A program made the position numbers and the translations under genes. A model generated the notes under the pieces. That model ran no database searches, was not told the DNA's origin, and saw only the letters and a program-made list of their open reading frames with translations. From Pseudomonadota bacterium (GTDB taxonomy: Bacteria > Pseudomonadota > Gammaproteobacteria > Burkholderiales > Gallionellaceae), in contig JBMOQB010000005.1 in assembly GCA_049320585.1 (NCBI GenBank), positions 80,295 through 144,294 on the forward strand: DNA of 64,000 nucleotides, given 5' to 3'. The stretch's first letter is position 1, and each line of letters opens with the position of its first letter. Of the stretch, positions 11,471 to 23,195 are shown in pieces.

Positions 11471-12184
11471 ATGAAAAAGAGCTTGTTGTTATGTGTGCTG
11501 GGCTGTTTTGTCCAACCTGTATTGGCTGCGAACATCAATAACCTGGGCGGTCTGGGCCAGGCAGAATTCAAGTTGTTTTCGGAAGATCTTGGATCTGCTC
11601 TTAGTTACAAGGGCGTCATACCGGCAGAACCACTGGGTGTTACCGGGTTCGATCTGGGACTGGAAGTGACTGCTACGGAAATGAAGAATTCAGCGCTTTG
11701 GACGACAGCGACAAGTGGCGGAAGTGCGCTGAGTACTTTGGTTGTGCCGAAGTTGCATGCCCATAAAGGCCTGCCACTTAACATCGATGTAGGATTGTTT
11801 TATTCCAGTGTGCCGACTACCAATATCAAACTGTACGGCGGGGAACTGCGCTACGCGATCCTCGAAGGTGGCACGGCCACCCCTGCAGTTGCGATTCGCG
11901 GTTCGTTCAGCAAGTTGACCGGGGTGGACCAGCTCTCCTTCGGCACCAAGGGTCTGGACGTTTCCATCTCCAAGGGCTTTGCGATGTTCACGCCATACGC
12001 GGGGGTGGGTAACGTCTGGGTAGACAGCACTCCTAACGGGGTAGGTTTAGCCAAAGAGTCGTTCACACAATCCAAATTTTTTGTTGGCGGGAATCTTAAT
12101 TTCGGGCTTACCAACCTTGCTCTGGAATACGACAAAACCGGCTCGGCACAATCCTACACTGTCAAACTCGGCTTCCGTTTCTAG
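11471..12184 (+). CDS. Putative outer-membrane beta-barrel protein, function unknown
   Basis: Signal peptide ends at VLA-ANI. Amphipathic strands alternate through the protein, and it ends with the beta-signal YTVKLGFRF. Confidence 0.5.
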   Translation: MKKSLLLCVLGCFVQPVLAANINNLGGLGQAEFKLFSEDLGSALSYKGVIPAEPLGVTGFDLGLEVTATEMKNSALWTTATSGGSALSTLVVPKLHAHKGLPLNIDVGLFYSSVPTTNIKLYGGELRYAILEGGTATPAVAIRGSFSKLTGVDQLSFGTKGLDVSISKGFAMFTPYAGVGNVWVDSTPNGVGLAKESFTQSKFFVGGNLNFGLTNLALEYDKTGSAQSYTVKLGFRF

Positions 12185-12207
12185 CCGGTCGCAATCCATA
12201 AAAAAGC

Positions 12208-12248
12208 CACACTCCACTCGCCCATCGACACAGGGAGAGCGGAGTGTG
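12208..12248. terminator. Hairpin between convergent genes (probable terminator)
   Basis: CACACTCCACTC (12208-12219) pairs with GAGCGGAGTGTG (12237-12248) at 11 of 12 positions. The A-run at 12200-12205 supplies a U-tract for the minus-strand transcript. Confidence 0.5.
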
Positions 12249-12353
12249 CCGAATATTTCTTCAATCCTGGTTATTTCCCTGTCATTCGCAAGGCAAGCAC
12301 AATAATACCTGCTTCTGAGCCAGATACAGGTTACCGGAGAACCGGGAGTTGCA

Positions 12354-13064
12354 TTACGAGCTATTGTTTGGCGGCCGCGCCATCTCAACCAGAGCTGTCC
12401 TTGCCTGTTGGGCATCAGTCACTGGTTGCGCAAAATCAAACCGCAGCACCTGGCCATCGGCGCGCACATCGAAACCGTCGATATCTATGCCCAGCATTGC
12501 CACATCCAGCACCGTGCATTGGCGGAAGTGGCTGCAGTAGTTGCGCATAGTGTCCAGATGATCAGAGTTCATGTGCGCGATCACGTCTGATTCCTGTTCG
12601 ATCAATGGGTAGCGCTGTACCGCGTAATTTTCCATGTCTACCCAGTGAATCCGGCCAAATCCGCCGATATAGCGGATCGCCATAGGGCGGATCCGATAGA
12701 AGGAAAAGTCATGCATCGCGAAGTAACTTCCGGCTTCCGGGAAGTAGCGCAAATAGCGCTGGCCGGCCCGCTCGCGATCAGCTTCCGGTTCGGCTTTTCC
12801 AAGCACTGTGACGCGTCCCTGGGTCTGGATATGCGGGTCGCGCTGGTCATGAGTAATCATGCTGACGCGAGGATCATGCAGGATATTCTTGGTATGTTCG
12901 GCGAGCGTGCTGATCAGGATCAGCAGGCTGCCGTCGTGATCCACCAGATAGGGTGTGATCGAGCCGAACGGATATCCGTCGAATTTTTTTGAGATGGTGC
13001 TGAGCACACCATAGCGATGGGCGCGCAACATCAGTCTTGCTTCCCGTGCGTTGTTCATGAACAC
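12354..13064 (-). CDS. Pyridoxamine-5'-phosphate-oxidase-like FMN-binding / HugZ-DUF2470 family protein
   Basis: 236 aa. The N-terminal split-barrel-type sequence is ARLMLRAHRYGVLSTISKKFDGYPFGSITPY. The C-terminal part (DVIAHMNSDHLDTM) is DUF2470-like. Confidence 0.6.
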   Translation of the reverse strand: MFMNNAREARLMLRAHRYGVLSTISKKFDGYPFGSITPYLVDHDGSLLILISTLAEHTKNILHDPRVSMITHDQRDPHIQTQGRVTVLGKAEPEADRERAGQRYLRYFPEAGSYFAMHDFSFYRIRPMAIRYIGGFGRIHWVDMENYAVQRYPLIEQESDVIAHMNSDHLDTMRNYCSHFRQCTVLDVAMLGIDIDGFDVRADGQVLRFDFAQPVTDAQQARTALVEMARPPNNSS

Positions 13065-13065
13065 C

Positions 13066-13671
<606 letters not shown>

Positions 13672-13696
13672 CTAATTATAGGGAAACTGTCAGGCT

Positions 13697-14902
13697 ATGC
13701 TGAAGAATTTGAAAGATCTCCGGACTCTGATCCGCTTCATCGCGGTGCGCTTCGGCCAGGATAGATGTAGCCAAACCGCCGCGAGTCTGACATTTACTAC
13801 ACTGTTATCACTGGTCCCATTGATGACCATTGCCTTGACAATGTTCTCTGCATTTCCGGTATTCGAGAATTTTTCTGCTCAGTTCAAGGCATATCTGCTG
13901 GATAACTTGATGCCGGAGACCGCCGGAGTGGTTATTACACGGTATATGCAGCAATTTACCGAAAGTGCGGCCCGCCTTACCACGGTAGGGATAGGTTTTT
14001 TGGTGCTTACGGCCTTGTCGATGATGATGACCATAGACCGCGCATTCAATATCATTTGGCGCGTGGCAAGACCCCGGCCGCTGGCCAGGCGCTTGGTGGT
14101 CTACTGGGCGGTGCTTACCCTTGCGCCTTTGTTGCTCGGGGCAAGCCTGTCGCTGACCTCATGGCTGATCGGTTTGTCCATGGGTTACGCCAAACATATT
14201 CCGCAATTTGGCATCGGCGTGCTGAAAATATTGCCGGTAGTGTTCGCGACGCTGGCATTCGCATTGTTGTTCCGGCTCGTGCCGAACCGTTATGTGCCTC
14301 GCAGTCATGCACTGATCGGCGCTCTGATAGCCGCTGTACTGTTTGAGACCATGAACCGGATATTCGGCTACTACGTCAGTCATTTCAATACCTACAAACT
14401 GGTGTATGGCGCATTTGCCAGTGTGCCGATCTTCCTGATGTGGATATACCTGTCCTGGCTGACTATCCTGTTGGGAGCGGTAATCGCGGCATCACTTTCG
14501 CATTGGCGTACCCCAGCTGAGCAACAGGAGTCGGCCACCACCCAGTTGCTGGACGCACTGCGGGTATTACAGATCATGGTGGAAGGTTTTCAGCTGGGAA
14601 AAGTGAACACGTTTCCGGCGATGTCGAAGTTGCTGCGTATTGGCTATGACAATCTTGAAAAGATACTCGAAAAGCTGGCCAGCGCCAACATCGTGCGCAA
14701 AGCTGAAGGGCAAGGCTGGCTGTTGATGCGCGATGCAAGAAGTATTCGTGCCAGCGAATTGCTGCACTTGTTCGTGCTGGAGCGGGTAGCGTCTACCGAT
14801 GAGCAAAGTGACGATCCTTTGCGCAAATGGTTTCTTTCCTGTGTGGCACAGCTCAGAAAAAATACGGATATCAGTTTGCAGGAACTTATTGCGCGCACCT
14901 AA
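13697..14902 (+). CDS. YihY/BrkB family inner-membrane protein with a ~110-aa C-terminal soluble extension
   Basis: The N-terminus has FIAVRFGQDRCSQTAASLTFTTLLSLVPL followed by six predicted TM segments. The C-terminal tail looks winged-helix-like by eye. Confidence 0.75.
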   Translation: MLKNLKDLRTLIRFIAVRFGQDRCSQTAASLTFTTLLSLVPLMTIALTMFSAFPVFENFSAQFKAYLLDNLMPETAGVVITRYMQQFTESAARLTTVGIGFLVLTALSMMMTIDRAFNIIWRVARPRPLARRLVVYWAVLTLAPLLLGASLSLTSWLIGLSMGYAKHIPQFGIGVLKILPVVFATLAFALLFRLVPNRYVPRSHALIGALIAAVLFETMNRIFGYYVSHFNTYKLVYGAFASVPIFLMWIYLSWLTILLGAVIAASLSHWRTPAEQQESATTQLLDALRVLQIMVEGFQLGKVNTFPAMSKLLRIGYDNLEKILEKLASANIVRKAEGQGWLLMRDARSIRASELLHLFVLERVASTDEQSDDPLRKWFLSCVAQLRKNTDISLQELIART

Positions 14903-15067
14903 GAAACGTTGCTGGCAGATTTGCTGGGCAAACTGTTGCCATTCCGAAGATGTGGCCGTGTTTCGCTGGCGCATCAGTGGGTGAGTTTTGCGGGTGAAAT
15001 TTTATCCGTGCTTGCCCATGGTTTATAATTACACCTTGTACTCGTCGATATTAATTAGGAGCCCAGC

Positions 15068-15646
15068 GTGAATTTTCTTGAAAAGTTGTTTGAAGGAACA
15101 TTGTGGAACAGCCGTTTTGTGATCATTGCTGCGGTGGTGGGCAGTTTGCTTGCTGGATTCGCGATTTTCTACATGGCCACTGTGGATGTGGTTTATCTGT
15201 TTGAACACGCATTGCATTATGCCGATTCAAGTCTCACCGAGGAGGCCCGAAAGTCGCTGCATGACAGTACTGTCTCGCATATCGTGGAAGTGGTGGACGG
15301 CTATCTGCTGGCTATAGTGATGCTGATCTTTTCACTGGGTTTGTATGAGTTGTTCATCAGCGATATCGATCAAGCCCATGGCAGCAAGTCTTCCAGCAAG
15401 ATTCTGGTCATCAATAACCTGGATGATCTGAAGTCGCGCTTGGCAAAAGTCATTTTGATGATCCTGATCGTCACGCTGTTCGAGGAAGCGTTGAACATGA
15501 AACTGAGCACTCCTCTGGATCTGGTTTACCTCGGTGCGAGCATCGCCCTGATTTCGCTTGCGCTGTATTTGACCCATGCATCCGAACATGGCGTCAGTCT
15601 CGAACCCGCGGATGAGGAGAGGACAACTGAAAAAAGTACCCATTAG
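15068..15646 (+). CDS. YqhA/UPF0114 family membrane protein
   Basis: GTG start with AGGAG 7 nt upstream. The N-terminus is NFLEKLFEGTLWNSRFVIIAAVVGSLLAG. Confidence 0.7.
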   Translation: MNFLEKLFEGTLWNSRFVIIAAVVGSLLAGFAIFYMATVDVVYLFEHALHYADSSLTEEARKSLHDSTVSHIVEVVDGYLLAIVMLIFSLGLYELFISDIDQAHGSKSSSKILVINNLDDLKSRLAKVILMILIVTLFEEALNMKLSTPLDLVYLGASIALISLALYLTHASEHGVSLEPADEERTTEKSTH

Positions 15647-15692
15647 CCCCGCGGCTCTTCAAGTCTTGGGACCGTCCTTGCTGGGACTATAT

Positions 15693-16145
15693 ATGATGCT
15701 CGCGCTATTGTTGCTGGCATGCTTGCCTATCAGCTACGCAGCCGACTTCGTACTGGAAGATATTCAAGGCAGGACACATCGCCTGGCGGATTACCGCGGC
15801 AAATGGGTGTTGGTGAACTTCTGGGCGACTTGGTGCTCCCCTTGCCTGAACGAAATTCCCGAATTGAGCAGTTTGCACAATGCCCACAAGGACACGGATT
15901 TGCTGGTGATCGGGATAGCCTTGCAATCGGGGACGCGCAAAAAAGTGGCCGATTTTGCCAAGGCTCATGACATAAGTTATCCGGTGGTGCTGGGTGACTT
16001 CAAAATATCCAGGCAAATCGGCGCAGTGGATGTATTGCCGTCCAGCTATCTGTACAACACTAAGGGCGAACAGGTGGGTTATCAGGCAGGTGTGGTGACG
16101 CGCGCCGGCATCGAGGCTTACATCAATAACAAAAAACTCAACTAG
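15693..16145 (+). CDS. Periplasmic thiol:disulfide oxidoreductase, TlpA/ResA/DsbE-like redoxin
   Basis: Contains the WATWCSPC thioredoxin motif. I chose the internal start MMLALLLLACLPISYA (signal peptide or lipobox). The track start at 15576 would overlap yqhA by 71 nt. Confidence 0.8.
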   Translation: MMLALLLLACLPISYAADFVLEDIQGRTHRLADYRGKWVLVNFWATWCSPCLNEIPELSSLHNAHKDTDLLVIGIALQSGTRKKVADFAKAHDISYPVVLGDFKISRQIGAVDVLPSSYLYNTKGEQVGYQAGVVTRAGIEAYINNKKLN

Positions 16146-16788
16146 TCGGGTCTAGGCGGCTGCTAACGGTGGGTTTGGGCAATGACCAATGGTTGCGCCA
16201 GGCGGCATGTACCAGGTTAGGGTATCCCGGTTTGCCCAGACTGCCGTTGTAGCGACCCAGCGCACGGTACAGGTTGCCCTTCTCGATATCCAGGTAGTGA
16301 CGCAGAATGGTGCAACCGTAGCGCAAATTGATACGTGGATTGAACAGGTTGTGGTCAGCCGTGCCGATTTGTTTTACCCAGAATGGCATCACTTGCATAT
16401 ACCCGCGCGCACCCGCACGCGACACCGCATATTTCTTGAAACCGCTTTCCACTTCGATCAAACCCAGCACCAGTTGTGGGTCAAGCCCGGCCCGGCTGGC
16501 TTCGTAATGCACGGTCTTTAGAAAGTCCATGCGGAACTCCGCATCCGGCAGGCGATCCTTCAAACGCCGCGACATATCCATCAGCCAAACATCTGCTTCA
16601 TACTGCGAGGAGAAAGCGAGTTTCGGCTCGTTCAGATCCGACACGCTGTGATGCAGAACTGCACGGACGCTAGCGGAAAGCGGCGTGTAGACTTGCGCGC
16701 CAGCATGAGCGCTGGAAGCGAACAGCATGCCAACCAGACAAGCACGCAAGGCCGGATAGTGTGAACATGAAAGTATTTTCAGTTGCAT
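16138..16788 (-). CDS. Lytic transglycosylase (SLT domain)
   Basis: Signal peptide, then the catalytic motif [24 protein letters not shown]. Confidence 0.85.
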   Translation of the reverse strand: MQLKILSCSHYPALRACLVGMLFASSAHAGAQVYTPLSASVRAVLHHSVSDLNEPKLAFSSQYEADVWLMDMSRRLKDRLPDAEFRMDFLKTVHYEASRAGLDPQLVLGLIEVESGFKKYAVSRAGARGYMQVMPFWVKQIGTADHNLFNPRINLRYGCTILRHYLDIEKGNLYRALGRYNGSLGKPGYPNLVHAAWRNHWSLPKPTVSSRLDPTS

Positions 16789-18494
16789 GTTCTGGATTTT
16801 AAGAATTCTTGCGCGTTTTGCAAGGGGATGGATTGTGCAGCAGTGTCCTGTCTGCCCTGGTATTCCACCATTCCCCGCTTAAGGCTGCGTTCACCGATGA
16901 CCACGCGGTGCGGGATACCAATCAACTCCATATCGGCAAACATCACCCCGGGACGCTCGTCACGGTCATCCAGCAAAACCTCGATGTCGGCGGATTGCAA
17001 CTCCGCATACAGATGTTCCACAGCTTTGCGCACGGCATCACTTTTGCCGATACCGATCGGAACCAAGGCAATCTGGAAAGGTGCCATCGCAATCGGCAAT
17101 ACAATACCGCGTTCGTCGAAGTTCTGTTCGATGGCGGCTGCGACGATGCGCGATACGCCGATACCGTAGCAACCCATTTCGACGATTTGCGTTTTGCCAT
17201 GCGCATCCAGAAAAGTTGCCTTGAGAGCTTCGGCATATTTGGTGCGCAACTGGAAGATATGGCCGACTTCGATGCCCCTGCATATCTCCAATGTGCCCTT
17301 GCCGTCCGGAGACGGGTCACCTTCGACCACATTGCGGATATCTGCGATCATGTCTGGCTCTGGCAGGTCGCGATTCCAGTTCACTCCGGCAGTGTGGAAC
17401 TTTGGGCGGTTTGCCCCCACCACGAAGTCACTCATGGCAGCCACGGTGCGATCCGCGATAACCCGGATCTTCGTTCTGTCGATGCCCACCGGACCAAGGA
17501 AGCCGGGCGGACAGTTGAAACTGGCGCGGATCTCTTCATCCGATGCGAAGCGAAAATCGGCGAGGCCGGGCAGCTTGCTTGCCTTGACTTCGTTCAGGCT
17601 GTGGTCGCCGCGCAACAGCAGGATGTGCAGTTTGCCGGCCGAGATGACTGCAATAAGCTTCACCGTGCGTTGCAATGGTATTCCAAGCAATTCCGCCACT
17701 TGTTCGCATGTGGTCTGTCTCGGTGTTTCGACATCACGCATCGATTCGGTTGCTGCGGTACGTGAAATCGCCGGGGCTACGGCTTCCGCAAGTTCCACAT
17801 TGGCGGCGTAATTGGAAGATGGACAGTAAGCCAGCGCGTCTTCGCCCGCATCTGCCAACACATGAAACTCATGCGAGCCGCTACCGCCGATCGCGCCGGT
17901 ATCGGCCGCGACCGCGCGGAACTTCAGCCCCAATCTGGTGAAGATGCGGCTGTATGTGTCATGCATTACGCGGTAGGTCTGTTCCAGGCTGGCAAAGTCG
18001 GCGTGAAATGAATAGGCATCCTTCATCAGGAATTCGCGCGCGCGCATCACCCCGAATCGCGGACGCACTTCGTCGCGGAACTTGGTCTGGATCTGGTAGA
18101 AATTGACCGGCAACTGGCGATAACTGCGGATTTCGCGGCGAGCAATGTCGGTGATCACTTCCTCGTGGGTCGGGCCGAAGCAGAACTGATTGTCGTGCCG
18201 GTCTCTTATTTTTAGCATCTGCGGACCGAATACATCCCAGCGTCCGGTTTCCTGCCAAAGCTCTGCGGGTTGTACTGCGGGCATCAACAATTCGATCCCT
18301 CCGTTCCTGTCCATCTCCTCGCGTATCACGCTTTCAACCTTGCGCAACACACGCAGCCCGAGCGGCATCCAGGTATACAAGCCGCTGGCCAGCTTCTTGA
18401 TGTAACCGGCACGCAGCATCAGTTTGTGGCTGGGAAGCTCCGCTTCGGAAGGGGCTTCCTTGAGTGTGGAGATGAAAAATTGAGAAACGCGCAT
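16779..18494 (-). CDS. proS: Prolyl-tRNA synthetase
   Basis: Starts [15 protein letters not shown]. Class II motifs are present ([25 protein letters not shown]). The track start at 18530 adds 12 unlikely codons. Confidence 0.95.
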   Translation of the reverse strand: MRVSQFFISTLKEAPSEAELPSHKLMLRAGYIKKLASGLYTWMPLGLRVLRKVESVIREEMDRNGGIELLMPAVQPAELWQETGRWDVFGPQMLKIRDRHDNQFCFGPTHEEVITDIARREIRSYRQLPVNFYQIQTKFRDEVRPRFGVMRAREFLMKDAYSFHADFASLEQTYRVMHDTYSRIFTRLGLKFRAVAADTGAIGGSGSHEFHVLADAGEDALAYCPSSNYAANVELAEAVAPAISRTAATESMRDVETPRQTTCEQVAELLGIPLQRTVKLIAVISAGKLHILLLRGDHSLNEVKASKLPGLADFRFASDEEIRASFNCPPGFLGPVGIDRTKIRVIADRTVAAMSDFVVGANRPKFHTAGVNWNRDLPEPDMIADIRNVVEGDPSPDGKGTLEICRGIEVGHIFQLRTKYAEALKATFLDAHGKTQIVEMGCYGIGVSRIVAAAIEQNFDERGIVLPIAMAPFQIALVPIGIGKSDAVRKAVEHLYAELQSADIEVLLDDRDERPGVMFADMELIGIPHRVVIGERSLKRGMVEYQGRQDTAAQSIPLQNAQEFLKSRTCN

Positions 18495-18695
18495 GGTAAA
18501 CACTGCCCGGTAATATGATTGATGCAGCAATTTTACAGGGAATGCATGCTTTTAGTCTTGTTCATCCTGAAGCAACTGGCAAGGCCATCGCAGATGATGC
18601 GTTCGAAGGGTTGGGCAAAAGCATTGGATTGTCTTTTCATTGCCGATGAAATGTGAAAGAATCAAAACATTAATATTTAACGAATAGAGTAGCAA

Positions 18696-19208
18696 ATGAT
18701 AGACCGAGACGGCTACCGCCCGAATGTCGGCATCATAATCACGAATGACTTGAATCAGGTGTTCTGGGGAAAACGGGTACGCCAGCATGCATGGCAATTT
18801 CCCCAAGGCGGCATACAGCATGGCGAGACACCCGAGCAGGCGATGTACCGCGAGTTGCACGAAGAAGTCGGCTTGTTGCCGGAGCATGTGAAGATACTCG
18901 GACGCACCCGCGACTGGATGCGTTATGAGGTTCCGCAAAGCTGGAGCAAACGGGAATCCCGCGGCGGGTATCGCGGCCAGAAACAGATCTGGTATCTGTT
19001 GCGTTTGATAGGTCGTGATTGTGATGTGTGTCTTCGCGCAAGTTCACATCCTGAGTTTGATGCATGGCGCTGGAATGATTACTGGCTTGATATAAATGCA
19101 GTTATAGAGTTCAAGCGCGAAGTGTATACGATGGCACTTAACGAACTGGTTCGTTATCTTCCTTCGCCTATTCACAATACCCCGCATCTCCATAAAGCTC
19201 AGAAGTAA
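18696..19208 (+). CDS. rppH: RNA pyrophosphohydrolase (Nudix)
   Basis: Starts [15 protein letters not shown], with Nudix box [23 protein letters not shown]. Confidence 0.9.
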   Translation: MIDRDGYRPNVGIIITNDLNQVFWGKRVRQHAWQFPQGGIQHGETPEQAMYRELHEEVGLLPEHVKILGRTRDWMRYEVPQSWSKRESRGGYRGQKQIWYLLRLIGRDCDVCLRASSHPEFDAWRWNDYWLDINAVIEFKREVYTMALNELVRYLPSPIHNTPHLHKAQK

Positions 19209-19358
19209 TTTTCGAGTTTCGTGAGGGTTTAAGGCGTATAAGACCACCGTTATATTAAAAGCCTTATTGCAGAGATCGGGTTTGGGCCGATTTATCTATG
19301 GCAACAAAATGGTTCAAGTGATGATGGTTCACTTGAAATTTCACTTTGGGCAAAATTC

Positions 19359-20399
19359 ATGTTTAAACTGCCACATCAAGTCGCACTTATCGGGTTGTTG
19401 CTTGGTGTTGCCGGCTGCTCTACCGTCAGGGATGAGGCGAATCCGGACGCGGGTTGGTTCGGGAGCGACAGCACGTTGCATACAATTTCCAGGCAGAAAT
19501 TGGCCGGTGACAAGGTGCAAACACCGATCAGGTATGCCGCCACCCTGCAAATCAGCAGATATACGGATCAGCGCAAACAGGTTAATCCACGTTTGCTCGG
19601 AATCAGCACTGAGCTTGTTCGCGGGATAAGTGGCAGCCAGCTGCTGATCGACCAGGATGTCGCGGACCTGGTAACGTCGGCGATCAAAACACAATTCGAA
19701 GCAGAAGGTTTCCGAATGCTGGAACAGGGAGGTGCCGGAGCAGCCATGTTCGAAGTGTCCGGGACGATCAAAGCATTAAGCCTGAACGTCAAATACCGTG
19801 ACGAGATCAACATCGCCATCGAGACTACCGTGAAGGATTTGCGCAACGGGGCGCTGGTCTGGTCCGGCTTGGTGACGGAGAAGCACGATCGCTTTGCCGG
19901 TGTTTCCGGAAACAACAAGGACGACGTGGTCGACTACCTGAGTAAGGAACTGAACATCGCAAGCAACAAAACCGTTGCGGCAGTCAGCACTGCATTGATG
20001 TCTGCTTATCCGCATTTGTTCAGTCTGACCGGCGGTATGCAGGCAATTCCAGGAGTATCGATTTATGCCGTTCCGGCTGCAGCCGAGCCTGCACCGGGGA
20101 TTCCCGCCGACACCATACCCCCCGCCGAAACTCAGACTGGCAGTGTTGCGCCCCTCTCCAAAAAGACGCCCGTCAGTACGGGTTTGCTGGTGGTGAATAC
20201 CAGTCCGTCACGCGCCAGGGTGTACGTTGACGGGGTGTACTATGGCTTGTCTCCGCTGCGGGTGGAAATGGAGCCGGGCATACATGCTGTCGAAGTGAAG
20301 CAACAAAAATACAAAACGATGAGCGAAAAAGTATCGGTGCGTAGGGGCGATACTACCGAGATGGAATTGAGTCTGGATCGCCGACTTCAGCCGGAATGA
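19359..20399 (+). CDS. Lipoprotein with a C-terminal PEGA domain, function unknown
   Basis: Lipobox LLGVAGC. The C-terminus has a PEGA-like fold signature (LLVVNTSPSRARVYVDGVYYGLSPLRVEMEPGIHAVEV). Confidence 0.6.
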   Translation: MFKLPHQVALIGLLLGVAGCSTVRDEANPDAGWFGSDSTLHTISRQKLAGDKVQTPIRYAATLQISRYTDQRKQVNPRLLGISTELVRGISGSQLLIDQDVADLVTSAIKTQFEAEGFRMLEQGGAGAAMFEVSGTIKALSLNVKYRDEINIAIETTVKDLRNGALVWSGLVTEKHDRFAGVSGNNKDDVVDYLSKELNIASNKTVAAVSTALMSAYPHLFSLTGGMQAIPGVSIYAVPAAAEPAPGIPADTIPPAETQTGSVAPLSKKTPVSTGLLVVNTSPSRARVYVDGVYYGLSPLRVEMEPGIHAVEVKQQKYKTMSEKVSVRRGDTTEMELSLDRRLQPE

Positions 20400-20424
20400 A
20401 GGAGCGCCCGCACTGCCGACATTG

Positions 20425-20898
20425 TCAATGTTTGCCGGTGCTACCGAATCCGCCACTACCGCGTGCACTCAACGGAAAATCTTCCACTATGTTGAATCGA
20501 GCCTGCATCACCGGCACTATGATCAGTTGAGCCATACGTTCCATCGGCATCAGCGTGAACGGGATTTGGCTGCGGTTCCACAACGAAACGAAGATCTGTC
20601 CCTGATAGTCCGAGTCAATCAGACCAACCAGGTTGCCGAGTACGATGCCGTGCTTGTGTCCCAGACCGGAGCGAGGCAGTATCATTGCGGCATAGCCGGG
20701 ATTGCTCAGGTGTATGGCGATCCCGCTTGGTATGAGTTCGCACTGCTTGGGTTGTATGACCATGTTGCGGTCTATGCACGCGCGCAGGTCTATCCCCGCC
20801 GAGCCCGCTGTCGCATATCCGGGGAGATTGTCATGCAGCCGGTGGTCAAGAACTTTTACATCTATGGAGACTTGATCTGTTGGGGTGATTTGTTTCAT
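20425..20898 (-). CDS. dut: dUTP diphosphatase
   Basis: Motifs [24 protein letters not shown] and the C-terminal [11 protein letters not shown] are present. It overlaps the coaBC stop by 4 nt. Confidence 0.95.
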   Translation of the reverse strand: MKQITPTDQVSIDVKVLDHRLHDNLPGYATAGSAGIDLRACIDRNMVIQPKQCELIPSGIAIHLSNPGYAAMILPRSGLGHKHGIVLGNLVGLIDSDYQGQIFVSLWNRSQIPFTLMPMERMAQLIIVPVMQARFNIVEDFPLSARGSGGFGSTGKH

Positions 20899-22127
20899 TT
20901 GCCTGCCTCTTTATAACGTTGTGCAATATGCTGCATCAATTGTCTTGCCAGCGTCAGTTTGTTGGCGTGCGGAAGAATATGGCTGCCGCTGTCATCAAAT
21001 AACGCCAGTTCGCTGTCGTCGTTGCCTATGGCCTGCTGCGCGAGATTGCCCACTAGCAACGGCAGTTTTTTCAAGAGGCGCTTCTGCTCGGCATGTTCGG
21101 CGAGCTTCTCTGTTTCGGCGGCGAACCCCACGCAGAACGGCGGATTCGGCAGGTTTGCGACATATCCCAGAATGTCCGGGTTAGGCACAAGCTCCAACAT
21201 GAGATTGTTCGCGCCCCTCTTTATTTTTTGAACACTGGGTTGTGCGACACGGTAATCGGCAACCGCCGCCACGCCGATGAAAATGTCGCAATCGGCCACA
21301 TGATGTTTCACCGCTTGGAACATTTCTTCGGCACTCTGCACATCGACGCATTGCGCATCCTGCGGCTTGGCAAGCGCAGACGGTCCTGACACCAGCACAA
21401 CCTCGGCACCCTGTTCCAGGGCGGCACGCGCGATGGCGTAACCCATTTTCCCGGAGCTTAGATTGGTGATGCCGCGCACCGCGTCGATAGCCTCATAAGT
21501 CGGTCCGGCGGTGATCAGAATTCTTTTTCCGGAAAACTGCCCGGGCTGAAAAAAAACCGAAATTTCTTGAACCAGTTGTGCCGCCTCCAGCATTCGCCCC
21601 ATCCCCTCCTCGCCGCAAGCTTGTTCACCGCTATCCGGTCCAAGCACCTGCACGCCATCGGCAATGAGCTGCCTGATGTTGCGTTGCGTGGCGGCATTCA
21701 GCCACATTTCGCGGTTCATCGCAGGTGCCACGATCAGCGGGCAATTGCGGGCCAGACACAAGGCGGACAGCAGATCATCCGCCAGGCCATGCGCCAGCTT
21801 GGCGATAAAATCCGCACTGGCGGGCGCAATCATGATCACGTCAGCGGCACGGCCAAGATTGATGTGTGCCATGCTGTTCGGGACATCCGCATCCCACTGG
21901 TCGGTGAACACCGGCTTGCCGGACAGACCTTGCATCGTGGTCGGTGTGATGAAATGGCAAGCTGCCTCGGTCATGACGACCTGCACTTCGATATTTTGCT
22001 TGATCAGCAGACGTACCAACTCCGCGGCTTTGTATGCCGCGATACCACCGGTGATACCGAGGATTATGCGATTCTCCTGAATTTTGTGGCTCTCTGACAC
22101 GGTGCGCTTTGCGAGTTCTTGTTCCAT
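20895..22127 (-). CDS. coaBC: Bifunctional phosphopantothenoylcysteine decarboxylase / synthetase
   Basis: 410 aa with a flavoprotein N-terminus ([13 protein letters not shown]) and a CoaB C-terminal half. Confidence 0.95.
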   Translation of the reverse strand: MEQELAKRTVSESHKIQENRIILGITGGIAAYKAAELVRLLIKQNIEVQVVMTEAACHFITPTTMQGLSGKPVFTDQWDADVPNSMAHINLGRAADVIMIAPASADFIAKLAHGLADDLLSALCLARNCPLIVAPAMNREMWLNAATQRNIRQLIADGVQVLGPDSGEQACGEEGMGRMLEAAQLVQEISVFFQPGQFSGKRILITAGPTYEAIDAVRGITNLSSGKMGYAIARAALEQGAEVVLVSGPSALAKPQDAQCVDVQSAEEMFQAVKHHVADCDIFIGVAAVADYRVAQPSVQKIKRGANNLMLELVPNPDILGYVANLPNPPFCVGFAAETEKLAEHAEQKRLLKKLPLLVGNLAQQAIGNDDSELALFDDSGSHILPHANKLTLARQLMQHIAQRYKEAGK

Positions 22128-22177
22128 AATGCTGCGTATCTTAACAAGAAATAGCCCGTCTGGGCTGGGAGGGGTTC

Positions 22178-22852
22178 ATGGCAATCACAGATTGGCCTGA
22201 AGGCGAACGTCCGCGCGAAAAGCTCCTGCTGCGCGGCGCGTCATCTCTTTCCGATGCCGAGCTGTTAGCTATTTTTCTGCGCACAGGAGTGACCGGTAAA
22301 AGTGCGGTAGATCTGGCGCGCGAGTTGATCTCGCATTTCGGCAACCTCACGCAACTGTTTGCTTGCAGCGAGCGGGAATTCTGCGCCATACACGGCATGG
22401 GGCAAGCCAAGTTTGTACAGCTGCAAGCGGTGCTGGAAATGTCGCGGCGCGCATTGCAGGAAGAATTTCAGCGCGGCGACGCGCTGAATTCTCCGCGTGC
22501 TGTGCGTGACTATTTGCAGCTATTGCTGGGCGGGCGGCAGCAGGAGGTTTTTCTGGTGCTGTTCCTCGATACCCAGCATCGCGTGATTGCCTCGGAAGAA
22601 TTGTTCCACGGCACGCTCAGCCAAACCAGCGTATATCCGCGCGAAGTGGTCAAGCGCGCACTGGCTCACAACGCGGCTGCAGTGATACTTGCGCACAACC
22701 ATCCCTCCGGTGTCGCCGAACCCAGCCAGGCTGATCAATTGTTAACCGATGCGCTTAAACAGGCCTTAGGACTGGTGGACGTGCGCGTGCTGGATCATTT
22801 CGTGGTGGCGGTGGGGAAAACCCTATCATTCGCTGAAAGGGGATTGTTATGA
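22178..22852 (+). CDS. radC: RadC-family JAB/MPN domain protein
   Basis: 224 aa with the HNHPSG JAMM motif and an [15 protein letters not shown]-terminal HhH region. Confidence 0.9.
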   Translation: MAITDWPEGERPREKLLLRGASSLSDAELLAIFLRTGVTGKSAVDLARELISHFGNLTQLFACSEREFCAIHGMGQAKFVQLQAVLEMSRRALQEEFQRGDALNSPRAVRDYLQLLLGGRQQEVFLVLFLDTQHRVIASEELFHGTLSQTSVYPREVVKRALAHNAAAVILAHNHPSGVAEPSQADQLLTDALKQALGLVDVRVLDHFVVAVGKTLSFAERGLL

Positions 22853-23195
22853 CTTCCGAGCTTGTTTTAAAATGTACCTAGTTTCTTAAAATTACTCATT
22901 TAATCAATGAGAAAATTGATTGATGCTGCATTCAGGTTTGGACTCCAGCATCCGTTATGCCACTCATCCAGTATTTCAACCACTCATCGGCAAGACTTTG
23001 ACTAGAGTACCTGTTTGCCAATAATCTACGCTCACTTGGCAAACTTACCGAAAGGTAAGGACGCAAAGTCACCGGCCTAACGGAATCTATGGTAGCGGGA
23101 CTGCGATACGGAATTTCGTCCGTGTCTCCATACCGTCATTCATAAACCATATTTCTCCTTAAGTGCCCTTGAAATTCGGGTAGAGGAGTATTCAA

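Noticed and set aside
15576-15692. Long N-terminal extension of the TlpA-like ORF that overlaps yqhA.
   Set aside because: The extension is basic and low-complexity and would overlap yqhA by 71 nt. The internal Met gives a normal signal peptide directly before the redoxin domain.
22901-22920. Possible Fur box at the AATCAAT-N6-ATTGATT palindrome.
   Set aside because: The best alignment to GATAATGATAATCATTATC gives only about 10 of 19 matches. I kept it as an unassigned palindrome and not as a Fur site.
23036-23052. Possible sigma-54 promoter, suggested by TTGGCA.
   Set aside because: There is no TTGC element at the required spacing after TGGCA. The sequence is better explained as one arm of a 9-bp inverted repeat.
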